A DNA stretch of 64,000 nt from Paecilomyces variotii (lineage: Eukaryota): the NCBI GenBank assembly GCA_004022145.1, contig RCNU01000001.1; one strand, written 5' to 3'. Numbering within the stretch: position 1 is the first letter of the stretch; each line of letters begins with the position of its first letter. Below, piece by piece: positions 10,489 to 24,221 of the stretch. Both the position numbers and the translations under genes were made by a program. Below the pieces are notes generated by a model. That model saw nothing but the letters and a program-made list of their open reading frames with translations. It did not search any database and was not told the DNA's origin.

Positions 10489-13400
10489 TTAGAACTTCGC
10501 AACCGCAATAGCGATTGCTTGCGAGTCGCTGTGGCTGATGCTGACATTCACCTGCTTGACACCGGCTTTCTCTGCAGCCTCTGCAGCGGCGCCATGAAGC
10601 TACAAGGGCGAGTTAGTCATGTTCGAATATATTTGCATGGAGTTGCAGAGGTGCTTACCTTAACCACAGGAGCTCCATTTTCATCATTCACGATTTCAAT
10701 GTCCTTCAGCGGAGCACCGGCACCCTTGCTGCTGACTCCGAGAGACTTGAACACAGCCTCCTTAGCGCTCCACCGGCCGGCAAAGGAGGCCTGGGGAGAT
10801 GGGGCCTTGCGGCAATACACTTGCTCATTGGATGTGAAGTTCCTCTCAATGAAGGTCTCGTTGTCAACATTGATCGCCTGGACACTCTCGACGTCAACGC
10901 CGACCTTCGAGTTCTCAACCGCGGCAGCCTTGGCGAGGGATTCGACCACCTTTTGGGTGCTGGCCAGATCCTCGGACGCGGGCTTTGGAGGGACCGCAGG
11001 ATAGGTCAGCTCCGCAGTCTTCTTGTCCACCGTCACACGGTAATCGGGGTTCAGGAAGACCTTGGCCTGGAGGTTGTCCTCGTAGGGGGACTTGTTCTTG
11101 GCCACAAACAGGGTGTTGTTGATCAGACCATTGTGGAAGTAGCGGTAAGCCTTCTTCTGACGGGCTTCGACCTTGGTCTTGTACGATTCGAATCGGGCTT
11201 TGTCCAACACTGCATACAGGTACTTGGGGTGGATACCAATAGCCTGCGCGCCCTTCTGACCGAAACCGAATGAAGTAACGGAGAATGCCTTGATACCGTC
11301 GGTCTGGATGCTACGACTGGGGTACACGATGTAGTCGAACTTCTCCATGACCTTGTCGACATTGTCTGCATTGCGGTTTCCGGGCACAAGACCGCTGTTG
11401 AGGACCTGCAGACATCCGTTGAGCATCCATGCACCAGCTGCACCCTTGGGGTGTCCAGTAAGGTACTTCTGGAAGATACCCATGATCGCGTTGCCCTTCT
11501 TGCGTCCGAGGTGCTTCAGTTGCTGACAGATGACATCGGATTCATTCTTGTCGTTAGCAACGGTAGAGGTACCGTGGAACGACGCAACATCGAGATCGTC
11601 GATCGTAAGACCCCAAGTGGCCAATGCTCCTCTCAGAGGAGCAATGCGAGGATCTTGCCTCCAGAAGTTGTTTCCGAGACTGTACTGGGCCTCCTTGACC
11701 TGGCGGACAGCCTCGCGATCGATGTGCTGGGCTCTCTCCTGCATATACTCCTTCTCATCGAACGGTTCGGTAGCTTGCGCCTTCATAGCCTCAACCTCTT
11801 CCTGGAGGTACAAGAGTTCTGATTCTTGCCACTGCTTGATCTGGTTCTTGCGCAACTCCAGCTGGCGTCTGCGGTACTTGATATCAAGGAGCGGGGACGG
11901 GAACTTGCCGGGGTTCTCACGAGCAGTGGTGAGGACACCCTGTCCAGGAGCCGGGACTGAGCGACCGATCTTGTCCGTTGCAGTGGTGGTCAAGCCGAGG
12001 ATGGCATAGATGGGTACACCCATGTCAAGGGCCAGCTGGGCGCTCATGATGACTTGCATACCACAACCTTGGGACTCCATGAAGCCGCTACGGGTAGTAG
12101 TAGTAGGTCGGGACATCTCTTGAGGAGTACGGCCATGGGCGAATTCGTCTTCCGCATTGCTAGTGGCCTTCATGTTCGCGAATTCGTAGGAACCCTCCTC
12201 CTGGAAGTCATCGAATCCACCAACGAAACAGATACGAGCCTTGCCTTCGACGATGGTCTCGTAACCGATATCGACGGACTCGACAGCAGTAGCACAAGCA
12301 CCCACAGGAGTCTTGATAGGACCGGTAGAGGAGAGGAGGAGCATGTTAACCCATGCGCTCATGGTGTTAATGAAGGACTCCTGCAGAATATCCTTCTGAA
12401 GAGGCTTGTCGAGGTACCGGTCCTTGTACATTCCTCTCAGGGCATGGGTACCACCGATACCCGAACCAATGCAGTTTCCGACTTCGGAGATGTGGACATA
12501 CTTGTAGAACTCATATGGATCAGTGATACCAGACGAGAGCAGGGACTCTGCGGTACAGACAAGCACAAACAGAGTAACTGGGTCGACCTGCTCAATGATG
12601 TCGTCTGGAATACCATATCTCTTCGCATCCCAGCCGGTTGGGATCTGGCCGGCGACCAGTCGGTCGAACTGCAGGGCCTTGGGAATGAAAAGAGTGGCTC
12701 CCTTCTTCAGGCGCACGGTGTATTCGCCCGACTCGGGGATTTCGAAGATCTCCACCTTGTCACCATGCTCCCGTTTGAACTCTTCGGCGGTCTCCTTCGA
12801 GGCCTCGAATGGGTCAAGGTCTTCCTGGATGACGATTTCCTGGAGCAGCTGCTTCTTCTTGGGATCGTATCCCTTGAACAGCTCCGGCTCGATAAGTCGA
12901 ATACCAGAGTGCTCCAGGATGAATTTCTCGTACTTCGACTTGACGTCCTTGTCGTCAACTGGTTCCCCAGTCTTTGCGTCAACCCAGCCGGAGTAGGACT
13001 TGCCCTTCAGAGGACCGTTATGGTTACGAATGAGGCCCATGATCCAGGCCATTTCGACACAGCCTTCCAAAGAAAACTTGCCATAGGCCTCCATCTCCCA
13101 TCGGGTGCGGGAGTTACCCCAGGGACCAACTTCGGAGAAACCGGTGACGACGACAACTTTGTCGAGGTTGACCATATCCTTGAGCTGTGCGTTAAGCGGC
13201 TCGATCTCTTCCCACTTGGGCAGCTGAGGGAATTCGAACTTGATGTTGGCACGGGGCTCGGTGGTGACCTTCTTGTACAAAGCCTCGCTATCTTCACCGT
13301 TCACAATCTTGTTCTCAATGGCAGTCTCCTTGATGACGGCCTGACGAACAGTGCTGGTCTCCATGATGTCCTGGCGGAGCTTTGTCATGAGCTTCTTCAG

Positions 13401-16187
13401 GTCGGGGATGAACTGGAGACCACCGTTCAGATCAGCCCAGACAGGGTCCGACTGGCAAAGATCAACGATGGCGGGAGCCATGAGGCCGAGCAAGTTGAAG
13501 GCCATCTCCTGCTGAGAGAAGGTGCGAACTCCGAGCTTCTCGACGCCTTCAGCGACCATGTTGTTTCCACTCATGAGACCAGTGCCGCGGGTCCAGCCGA
13601 TGACAGCACCGCAGATTGTAAGGTAGTTAGCCCAACTCTCAGAGTACCAGCGGTTAAACAGAGTCTCCAAGCCCAACTTTGACTCTGAGTACAGGCCATC
13701 GTTTCCGAAGGTACCGTGGTTGGGGGACAAGGGAAGGATAACCTGAGCTGGACGGGTCTCGAAACCTCTCTCCTGCTTCTGCGTCTTGACGGCACCGAGA
13801 AGTCTAAGGAGGTTGGTCAACATAATTCTGTGAGCAAGTTCCGACTTGGAATCGATGTTGTCAATTTCGCGACCGTTCTCGGGAATGGCCGCGAAGGGGA
13901 CAACGTAGTCCAGATCCCAGCCCAGACCCTTCTTGGTGTCATAGATGTAGTCGACGAGAGCATCCACGTCTTGTTTGCTACCCTGGTTGAAAGGAACGAC
14001 GACAAGTTGGGAACCACGAGCTCCGTAACGGGCATACATGGATTGATAGTACTCAGTGACTTCGCGAGAGAAGCGACTGGTGGTAACGATGACCTTGGCA
14101 CCACCGCTAATAAGTCCCTGGAGAACCTCAGCGCCGATAGAACCAGCTCCAGCACCGGTCATCAAAGCATTCTTGCCCTGGAAAGTGACTCCAGATCTGG
14201 CCGCAGACTCGAGACCGTCCAGGTAGATGCCGGTCAGCTTCTTGTTGTATTCCCAGCCGTGCTCCTCCTTCTTCTTGAGGTGCAAGAAGGGAATGGTCTC
14301 AACCTTTCCGGTGCGAGTGGCACCGTTTCTGGAGCCGTTACGACCGGGTTTCTTCGCCTGGCCATTCTCCTGCGGCATGATCTGGCTCTCGTTCATAGCA
14401 AGAGCACGGACGACATCCTTGTAGAGAGCGTTGAACTGCAACTGGGACGACTTGGAAAGTCTGTGTTGCCTGCGAATGAGCTTGTAGACATTCTTCAGGT
14501 CATTCTGGACCTTTGCCCGATTGCTGTATTCAGAAATCGGACCGCCTTCAGCCATTTGTTTGACGTAGTGTTCAAGCTTCCTAGCGCTAGCCCTAGGTAC
14601 TTCCTGGTACTCGATGTTTCCGCGAGCATCAACAGTCGTGTGGGGTCCGGTAGGGACTGCGACATCCTTGTATACAGGGGCTTGTCCGAGAACCTCCTTG
14701 CAGTTCTCAATGAGCTGCTGACCCAGTTCCTTGGCAAGCTGATAGGTCTCACCGCGTTCCGTCGGGCAGTTATCGATGTGGTACTGCATGAAATCCAGCA
14801 AGAGGGGATTCGATCGGTTCATGATGCGAATACACTGGCTAACAATTTCACGGTCGACGACCTTCAGCCTGCCGAAAATGATGTCGTAGTACATGCTGAG
14901 CGCATCCTGACGAGCCCAGTTCCAGGAAGAATCGTAGACACGAGCCTTCAGAGGGTCGAAAGAGGGCTCAATGCCGGAGGCATAAATATCGCCGTGCTCC
15001 GTCTGCCAAAGATCCAGCTGCGCTTGTAGTGCCTTCTGAGACTCTTGGGACGTGACAAAGGCCTTCTCACCAGCACGCAGATCCATCTTGAGATAGCGCG
15101 CGATGATCTCGAGCTGCTGCTTGAACAGTGCGCGCTGGTCCTTGGTCAGTGCGTCGATCGCAGCAGGGTCCATCATCATGGCGCCAGAACCGGCGCCAGA
15201 GTCGCCGCTGGCGGTTGGTGCAGACAGGCTAATGCCAGCACTGGCCGCATATTTGTTGGCGACACCGTCAAAGTACGCCTTTGCGTCAGCCTCAGCAGCG
15301 AGACGCGATGGGGGCTCCATGGTCAAGGCAAGTAGCAGGACACCGTCTTGTCTACCAGGTCCCAGTCCCCATCTTGTCTCCAAGTATTTCCTGACCGCTG
15401 TGATGTTGAATCCACCAGGCATCTTAGCGGATACCATACGTGCCACCAACGAGGATGACTGCTTGCCCAATTGGCCGTTGAAGGTTGCCTGCATGGCGGC
15501 ACCCAATTCGTCCAGAGGCGTATCCTCTGGCTTTTCCGGCGTCGAGCCAAATTCTTTGCCCAGGTCACCCAGAATTTCATTCTGCAGGGTCGATTTACCT
15601 AGAAAAAGTAAGAGTTCAGTCAGTTTGTGTCCCATAGCATCTGGTTAAAGGGGGATATCAGACTCACCGCCAACCAGATCCTTGATGGCCTTGCTCAATG
15701 GAACATCTGCGATGCTCTTCTTCAATTTCTGTGCAACTAATGTCCTCAGCACATCCACTGCTGTGACTGGCGCGTCTTCGACCTGAGGAGCGGGACCTGC
15801 ACTCGGGGCAGGCGCAGCAGCAGGAGCAGCCGCCGCAGGGGCCGCAGCAGCAGCCGGGGAAGCGCTGGCGGCGGGAGCAGCCTCTGGCTCCGGCTCATCT
15901 TCGACGGGATCGACATCATAGTAGATTTCCTTGGCGTCCTTGTTGTAGCAGAGAATCTGTCGTTGCACTGATGTAGCAGCATCGTAGGCTTCGTACTTGG
16001 AGGCAATCGTCCGTCGTGCCATGCCGCCCAACGTGTCCGCCGGACCGATCTCGACGATACGCTCCGTGCGCTTCTCCGCGAGAATAACATCCTGGGTCTC
16101 AATCCATCTCACTGGAGAAGCAAACTGGTATGCCAGAAGCTCCACCAGCAGGGTGTGAGCCAGCTCCTGCTCGACTTCGGGGCGCAT
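10489..16187 (-). CDS. FAS2: Fatty acid synthase alpha subunit (ACP, KR, KS, PPT). Exons 16187-15668, 15598-10659 and 10599-10489.
   Basis: [64 protein letters not shown] and SISHSD. Introns 15667-15599 and 10658-10600 have canonical ends. Confidence 0.98.
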
Positions 16188-17876
16188 TGTGAAGGTAAGA
16201 AAGAAAGAATACGGGTATCAAGAAAATGTCGGATTAAAGAGCTCAATGGCGGTAAGACGGCCCCAAAGAAGCTCGAAGACCTCTTTCTGCACAGCAACCC
16301 AGGCACCAAGAGGCCCGTCTGGTTACAGTCTTTGAAAAAAAAATCTTTTTGAAGAGGCCGTGAGATCAGAGAGGAGGCCACAATAATGGGCCGATAAGTA
16401 AGCCCGGAGAGGAGGTGGGCAAAGAAGGGGAAAAAAAAGTTGGAGGAGGAAGTGACACAAGTCAAAGGACCATGGCACGATACGCCAGGACCTTAAAGAG
16501 GAAACGAGAGAGGACGAGGACTCTTGACCACGCTCCAAGCCAGCAATTGACCTAGCGAAAATAATACGACCAGGACACCGCAAGAGAAAGACAGAGTGAG
16601 CGAGAGGGCGTGCCTGGAGCCGTTTGGAGTGTTGGGGCAGAATCCAGCGGTGGTTGACGCCGAACCTTGCACGCTGGACGGGCGGTCGCAGTGGGGACGC
16701 TGTTGGTTTTTGGTGGAGTTGGTTTCTGCCGTATCGCGGTTACCGCTTGTAATTTACATTGACTTGACTGTCGTTGGCCCAGCGTATGGTATTCGAGATT
16801 ATTATGGTCCTACGAGTAATCTATCGAGAATAACAATATTATTATTATTGAATAATCCATCCAACTTATCCTATCTGGTACCTAGTTTACCCCATCCCTT
16901 GCCTCCACAACGGGGGACGGAGGAATCAGCAGTCACTGATGAGTGATCAGTATACTGTAACTACCATACATAATTACCTGACCAACATTCAACCCCCCTA
17001 ATATTATTATTATCAACAGTGATGCCTAACTTAAATTTTCCTCTCCTGTCCTCAACCTCTCTGTGCTCCTGCTGCGCCACGTCTCCCTTGATGGGGACAA
17101 GCCTGTTAGTGCCTCCGGCTACTGTCCTACTAGGCTCCTTCCGACTAGCACCTTCGTCTCTGTATCGAATGGAATGTTCGGTCTGGTCAGGCCGCTGTCC
17201 CATCGGGCCGGGGAAACGGCCAGCCGGCGGTCACGTACGGTCACGGTCAATACCGGACGGGCCAGCCCAGCCCAACCGTTTGGACCTTTGGGGAGCTGCC
17301 AGACGGCGCTATGCCCAATCGGAGCTGCCTTTATTCAACCAGCTCGCGATTCATCTTTTCTTCGCCCCAGGGATGGCCCTAATGCGATTCAACAGCATCC
17401 AGTCCGCATCCCCTCGTCCGGTCAGCCAATTTCACGAGTCTGGGTCTGCTAGATAGATAGTTAGACGCTCTTCACTCTTTTGGTCGGGCTCTACAATCCC
17501 TTCCTGCTCGCACTCCTTCCACTCCTCCATCCCTTCTCCGTCCTATATACTCTTGTATTCGTGGTGGAGTGTGCTGGCAGGCATCCCGCCATAGGGCCCG
17601 CAGTCGAGGAAAATTAATTGCTCCAAAGGCGTCTTTCTTCAACTAGGTACGCTGATCAAGTCCCCCAGCTTGGACCTGCATTTCCCACCGTGATTTTTCA
17701 ATCATTGGGAATTGGGAAATATCAGACTTGGTTTATTTATTTTATTTTTTTTCCTATGCAGCTAACAATCGCATTGTAACAGGTGCTCTTTACCCCCACC
17801 CGCCTGCATCTTTTCTTAATTTTTTCTTCCTTTTTCCTTTCTTTTCTCTTTCCAACCAAAATACCCTCTTGAAAAG
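16188..17876. promoter_or_regulatory. Shared divergent promoter and leader region of FAS2/FAS1
   Basis: Head-to-head genes 1.69 kb apart. Central AT-rich island, CT-rich tracts on each sense strand, and a 5'-UTR intron before FAS1. Confidence 0.8.
17647..17782 (+). other. Spliceosomal intron in the FAS1 5' UTR
   Basis: Donor ag|gtacgc at 17647, T-rich tract, branch gctaac at 17761, acceptor aacag| at 17782, about 95 nt before the ATG. Confidence 0.75.
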
Positions 17877-20800
17877 ATGTACGGGACAGCAACGGGCCCT
17901 CAGACGGGCATTAATACTCCCCGCTCGTCGCAATCGCTGCGACCTCTGATTCTCTCGCATGGATCACTCGAATTCTCCTTCCTTGTCCCGACCTCGCTTC
18001 ATTTCCACGCGTCCCAGCTGAAGGACACGTTCACAGCATCATTACCCCAGCCAACGGATGAGCTGGCACTCGATGAGGAGCCTTCGTCCGTGCCGGAGCT
18101 CGTTGCCCGCTATATCGGCCATGTAGCCCACGAAGTCGAGGAGGGCGAAGATGACGCCCAGGGAACCTACGTCGAGATCCTGAAATTGGCCCTCAACGAG
18201 TTTGAGCGAGCGTTCATGCGTGGAAACGATGTGCACGCCGTTGCTGCAAGCCTGCCTGGAATCACGAGCAAGAAGGCCTTGGTGGTCCAGTCATACTACG
18301 CCGGTCGCGCGGCTGCAGGACGTCCCACGAAACCATATGATTCTGCGCTCCTTCGTGCTGCCAGCGAAGACCAGGCTAGAATCTATACCATCTTTGGCGG
18401 ACAGGGCAACATCGAGGAATACTTTGATGAATTGAGAGAAATCTACACCACATACCCCTCCTTCGTTGAGGATCTGATCACCAACGCCGCGGAGCTGCTG
18501 CAGTCTCTGTCCCGCGAACCGGAAGCGATCAAGCTGTACTCCAAGGGCCTTGATATCATCCGATGGCTTCAGGACCGGGATTCGCAGCCGGATACCGATT
18601 ACCTCGTGTCGGCCCCGGTGAGTTTCCCTCTCATCGGTCTTGTGCAATTGGCACACTACACGGTCACCTGTAAAACCCTGGGTAAGGAGCCCGGCGACGT
18701 GTTGGACAGACTCAGCGGTACCACCGGTCATTCCCAGGGTATCATTGCCGCCGCTGCCATTGCGACAGCTACGACATGGGAGTCATTCGCGGAGGCCGCC
18801 AAGAATGCCCTGACGATGCTGTTCTGGATCGGTCTGCGCAGTCAGCAGGCCTATCCTCGCACGTCGCTGGCCCCATCGACGCTGCAGGACTCTATCGAGA
18901 ACGGCGAGGGTACACCCACGCCTATGCTTTCCATTCGGGACCTTTCCCGAAGCGCTGTCCAGGAACATATCGACGCTACGAACCAGCATCTCCCGGCCGA
19001 CAGACACATTGCCATCTCTCTCGTCAACAGTGCTCGTAACTTTGTCGTTACTGGTCCCCCGATTTCCCTCTACGGTCTTAACCTGCGGTTACGCAAGGTT
19101 AAGGCGCCTACTGGACTGGATCAGAACCGTGTGCCGTTTACCCAGCGCAAGGTTCGTTTCTCCAACCGCTTCCTCCCAGTCACCGCTCCGTTCCACAGTC
19201 AGTATGTCACCGCAGCGTTCGACCAGATCATGGAGGATTTGGAGGATGTCAGTATCCCTGCCAAGGCGTTGGAGATCCCGGTCTATGACACGAACACTGG
19301 CGAGGATTTGAGCAAGAAGGGAGACGAGAACATCGTGGCGGCCTTGGTCCGTATGATCACTCAGGAACCAGTGAACTGGGAAAAGGCAACCGATTTCCCG
19401 AATGCTACTCACATTATTGACTTTGGTCCTGGTGGAATCTCCGGAATCGGTGCCCTGACGAACCGCAACAAAGATGGCACGGGTGTCCGCGTCATTATCG
19501 CAGGCTCGATGGACGGGACTAACGCTGAGGTCGGCTACAAGCCTGAGCTCTTCGACCGCGATCAGCACGCCGTCAAGTACGCGGCCAACTGGGTTAAGGA
19601 GCATGGCCCGCGCCTGGTGAAGACTTCTGTCGGCCAGACCTTCGTGGACACGAAGATGAGCAGACTGCTCGGTGTGCCTCCCGTTATGGTTGCGGGTATG
19701 ACACCCACTACGGTTGCGTGGGACTTCGTTGCTGCGACAATGAACGCCGGATACCATATCGAACTTGCAGGAGGCGGTTACTACAACGCCAAGTCGATGA
19801 CTGAAGCTCTCAGCAAGATCGAGAAAGTTATCCCGCCTGGTCGCGGTATCACTGTCAATCTGATCTATGTCAACCCCCGAGCCATGGGGTGGCAGATCCC
19901 CTTGATCGGCAAGCTCAGAGCTGACGGTGTACCCATCGAGGGTCTGACAATCGGTGCTGGTGTTCCTTCCATTGAGGTTGCCAATGAATACATCCAGACA
20001 CTGGGAATCAAGCACATCGCCTTCAAGCCAGGTTCCATGGACGCCATTCAGCAGGTTGTCAACATCGCCAAGGCCAACCCTACTTTCCCTGTCATCCTCC
20101 AGTGGACTGGTGGTCGTGGTGGTGGTCATCATTCTTTTGAGGACTTCCATCAGCCTATTCTCCAGATGTACAGCCGCATTAGAAAGTGCAACAACATTGT
20201 CCTTGTTGCCGGTAGTGGTTTCGGTGGCTCCAATGATACGTACCCGTATCTGACCGGTACATGGTCCTCCCGCTTTGGCTACCCTCCCATGCCCTTCGAC
20301 GGATGCATGTTTGGTAGCCGTATGATGACTGCGAAGGAGGCCCATACTTCCAAGAACGCAAAGAAGGCTATTGCTGACGCCCCCGGTGTTGACGATGGCC
20401 AGTGGGAGAACACGTACAAGGGTCCTACTGGTGGAGTCATCACCGTGCTTTCTGAGATGGGCGAGCCCATTCACAAGCTGGCCACCAGAGGTGTTCTCTT
20501 CTGGCACGAGATGGACCAGAAGATCTTCAGCCTTGACAAGGCTAAGCGCTTGGTTGAGCTGAAGAAGCAGCGGAACTACATCATCAAGAAGTTGAATGAC
20601 GACTTCCAGAAGGTCTGGTTCGGCCGCAACTCTGCCGGAGAGACTGTTGACCTCGAAGACATGACTTACACTGAAGTCGTTCACCGGATGGTTGAGCTCA
20701 TGTACGTGAAGCACGAATCTCGGTGGATTGATGAGTCCCTGAAGCGGTTGACGGGTGACTTCATCCGACGTATCGAAGAACGGTTCACTTCTTCCGAGGG

Positions 20801-23800
20801 ACAAGCGTCCCTCCTTCAGAACTACTCGGAGCTGGATGTCCCATATCCTGCCGTTGACAATATCCTTGCCGCCTATCCTGAGGCATCCACGCAGCTCATC
20901 AATGCTCAGGATGTGCAACATTTCCTGCTTCTTTGCCAGCGCCGTGGCCAGAAGCCTGTTCCCTTCGTGCCGTCGCTCGATGAGAACTTCGAGTTCTGGT
21001 TCAAGAAAGACTCCCTTTGGCAGTCTGAAGATCTTGAGGCTGTTGTTGGCCAGGATGTGGGAAGAACCTGTATTCTGCAGGGTCCTGTCGCTGTCAAGTA
21101 TGCCACCACCGTCGATGAACCTATTAAGGACATCCTTGATGGTATCCACAATGACCACATCAAGGAACTGGTCAAGGATGCTTACGGCGGTAATGCCGAC
21201 CAGGTGCCTGTCGTTGAATACTTCGGAGGACAGCTCGTGGACGAGTTGGACGAGGAGGTTGAAATCGATGGCCTGACCGTGTCCGAAGATGCCAACAAGA
21301 TCGGGTACCGGCTGTCATCCTCCCCATCAGCTAACCTCCCGGATGTTGATCGTTGGCTGCACCTCCTTGCTGGCAAATCCTACTCCTGGAGACATGCTCT
21401 TTTCACTGCTGAGGTCTTTGTCCAGGGTCAGCGTTTCCAGACCAACCCAATGAGACGGATCCTGGAACCTACCCGTGGTATGTTCGTGGAGATCACCGAC
21501 CCTGACGAGCCGGCGAAGACGGTCATCAGCGCGAGAGAGCCGTGCCAGTCTGGCAAGCTTGTGAAGACTGTGGAGATAAAGATGAACGGCGACAACCAGA
21601 TTGCTCTGACGCTGTTCGAGGGACGGACGGCCGAAGGTGGTGTCGTGCCTCTTCCCTTCCTTTTCACCTACCATCCTGAGACTGGATATGCGCCTATCAG
21701 AGAAGTTATGGACACCCGTAACGACCGTATCAAGGAGTTCTATTACCGAATTTGGTTCGGTGACAAGAATGTTCCTTTCGACGCCCCTACCACAGCCATC
21801 TTTGACGGGGGCCGCGAAACTGTTACGTCCCAGGCCATTGCAGACTTTGTTCATGCTGTCGGCAACACCGGTGAAGCCTTTGTCGACAGACCAGGCAAGG
21901 AGGTTTTCGCACCTATGGACTTTGCCATCGTCGTTGGATGGAAAGCTATCACTAAGCCGATTTTCCCTCGTAAGATTGATGGTGATTTGTTGAAACTCGT
22001 CCATCTGTCCAACGGATTCCGCATGGTGCCAGGTGCTCAGCCCCTCAAGGTCGGCGACGTGCTCGACACCACTGCTCAGATCAATGCGGTGATCAACCAG
22101 GAGTCCGGAAAGATGGTTGAGGTCTGTGGTACCATCAAGCGGGATGGCAAACCGATCATGCACGTCACCAGCCAGTTCCTCTACCGAGGCGCTTACAATG
22201 ATTTCGAGAACACTTTCCAGCGCAAGGATGAGGTCCCCATGCAGATCCATTTGGCGTCGACCAAGGATGTAGCTGTTCTTCGCTCGAAGGAGTGGTTCCA
22301 CCTGGATGAGCCTGGTGTGGAACTCTTGGGCCAGACACTTACCTTCCGTCTTCAGAGTCTAGTGCGGTTCAAGAACAAGTCTGTCTTCAGCAGTGTTCAG
22401 ACTATCGGCCAGGTCCTCTTGGAACTCCCTACCAAGGAGATCATCCAGGTGGCATCTGTGGAATACGAGGCTGGCACTTCCCATGGAAACCCTGTCATTG
22501 ATTACCTCGAGCGCAACGGATCTTCCATTGAACAGCCGATCAACTTCGAGAATCCGATTCCGCTCAGCGGCAAGACGCCTCTTGTCTTCCGCGCTCCCGC
22601 CTCTAACGAGACGTATGCTCGTGTCTCTGGCGATTACAACCCTATCCACGTCAACCGTGTCTTTGCCAGCTATGCTAACCTCCCTGGCACGATCACTCAT
22701 GGAATGTACACCAGTGCTGCGGTTCGCAGTCTGGTAGAGACCTGGGCTGCTGAGAATGACATTGGCCGTGTTCGCAGCTTCCACGCGTCACTCGTCGGAA
22801 TGGTGCTACCTAACGATGATATCGCGGTGAAGCTTCAGCACGTTGGTATGATTGCTGGACGCAAGATCGTCAAGGTCGAAGCCATCAACAAGGATACTGA
22901 GGATAAGGTTCTCATTGGTGAAGCTGAGGTGGAACAGCCCGTGACCTCATATGTCTTCACTGGCCAGGGCTCTCAAGAACAGGGTATGGGTATGGAGCTC
23001 TATGCCAGCAGTCCCGTTGCCAAGGAAGTCTGGGACCGTGCCGACAAGCATTTCTTGGAGAACTATGGCTTCTCGATTACCGATATCGTGAGGAACAACC
23101 CCAAGGAGCTCACTATTTACTTCGGTGGCCCCCGTGGTAAAGCCATCCGTCAGAACTACATGTCGATGACCTTCGAATCGGTCAATGCGGATGGTTCCAT
23201 CAAATCCGAGAAGATCTTCAAGGAAGTTGATGAGAACACCACCTCCTACACTTATCGCTCGCCTACTGGACTTTTGTCTGCTACTCAGTTCACCCAGCCT
23301 GCGCTCACGCTGATGGAGAAAGCCAGCTTTGAGGACATGCGCTCCAAGGGTCTGGTCCAGAGAGACAGCAGCTTCGCGGGTCACTCCCTCGGTGAATATT
23401 CAGCCCTGGCTGCCCTCGCAGAGGTCATGCCAATTGAGAGCTTGGTGTCTGTTGTGTTCTACCGTGGTTTGACTATGCAAGTTGCCGTCGAGCGAGACGA
23501 ACAAGGCCGCTCCAACTATTCCATGTGCGCTGTCAACCCCAGCCGCATCTCGAAGACTTTCAACGAGCCTGCTCTACAGTATGTTGTCGAAAACATCTCA
23601 GAGCAAACCGGATGGCTACTTGAGATTGTCAACTATAACGTTGCCAACATGCAATATGTCGCCGCTGGAGATGTAAGTTTTGACCATGGAACCTTTTGTA
23701 ACTTGGACTTCGAACCTTTGCTAACAATGTTCTAGCTACGAGCTCTCGATACCTTGACCAATCTGCTCAACGTTCTCAAGGCACAGAAGATTGACATCCA

Positions 23801-24221
23801 AGCCCTCATGCAGACGATGTCTCTTGAGGACGTCAAGGCGCACCTCGTGAATATCATCAACGAGTGTGTGAAGACGACTGAGGCCAAGCCGAAGCCAATC
23901 CAGCTGGAGCGTGGTTTCGCCACGATTCCTCTCAGAGGTATCGATGTGCCCTTCCACAGCACTTTCCTTCGCTCTGGTGTCAAGCCCTTCCGCTCCTTCT
24001 TGCTCAAGAAGATCAACAAGACCACTATCGACCCGAGCAAGCTCATCGGTAAATACATCCCCAATGTCACTGCTCGGCCGTTTGAGATCACCAAGGAGTA
24101 CTTTGAGGATGTGTACAGACTCACCAACTCGCCACGTATCGCGAACATCTTGGCGAACTGGGAGAAGTACGAAGAGGGAGGCGATGCCGCCGCACGCCCG
24201 GCTGGCTCTACCGCCGCTTAG
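17877..24221 (+). CDS. FAS1: Fatty acid synthase beta subunit (AT, ER, DH, MPT). Exons 17877-23672 and 23736-24221.
   Basis: GHSQG (AT), GGRGGGHHS (ER), SGDYNPIH (DH), AGHSLGEY (MPT), GIDVPFHS. Intron 23673-23735 (gtaagt..gctaac..tag). Confidence 0.98.

Noticed and set aside
12054-15029. 542-aa and 437-aa ORFs antisense to FAS2
   Set aside because: Same codon-bias shadow effect.
16936-16960. CTGATGAG hammerhead-like core in the FAS intergenic region
   Set aside because: No stem II followed by GAAA and no stem III/UH site.
19089-21158. 689-aa antisense ORF inside FAS1
   Set aside because: Shadow ORF expected from the strong C/G third-position codon bias of a highly expressed gene; no recognisable motifs.
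10489-24221. FAS pair as a secondary-metabolite cluster (aflatoxin hexA/hexB type)
   Set aside because: No PKS, NRPS, P450 or cluster regulator nearby; the neighbours are housekeeping genes.
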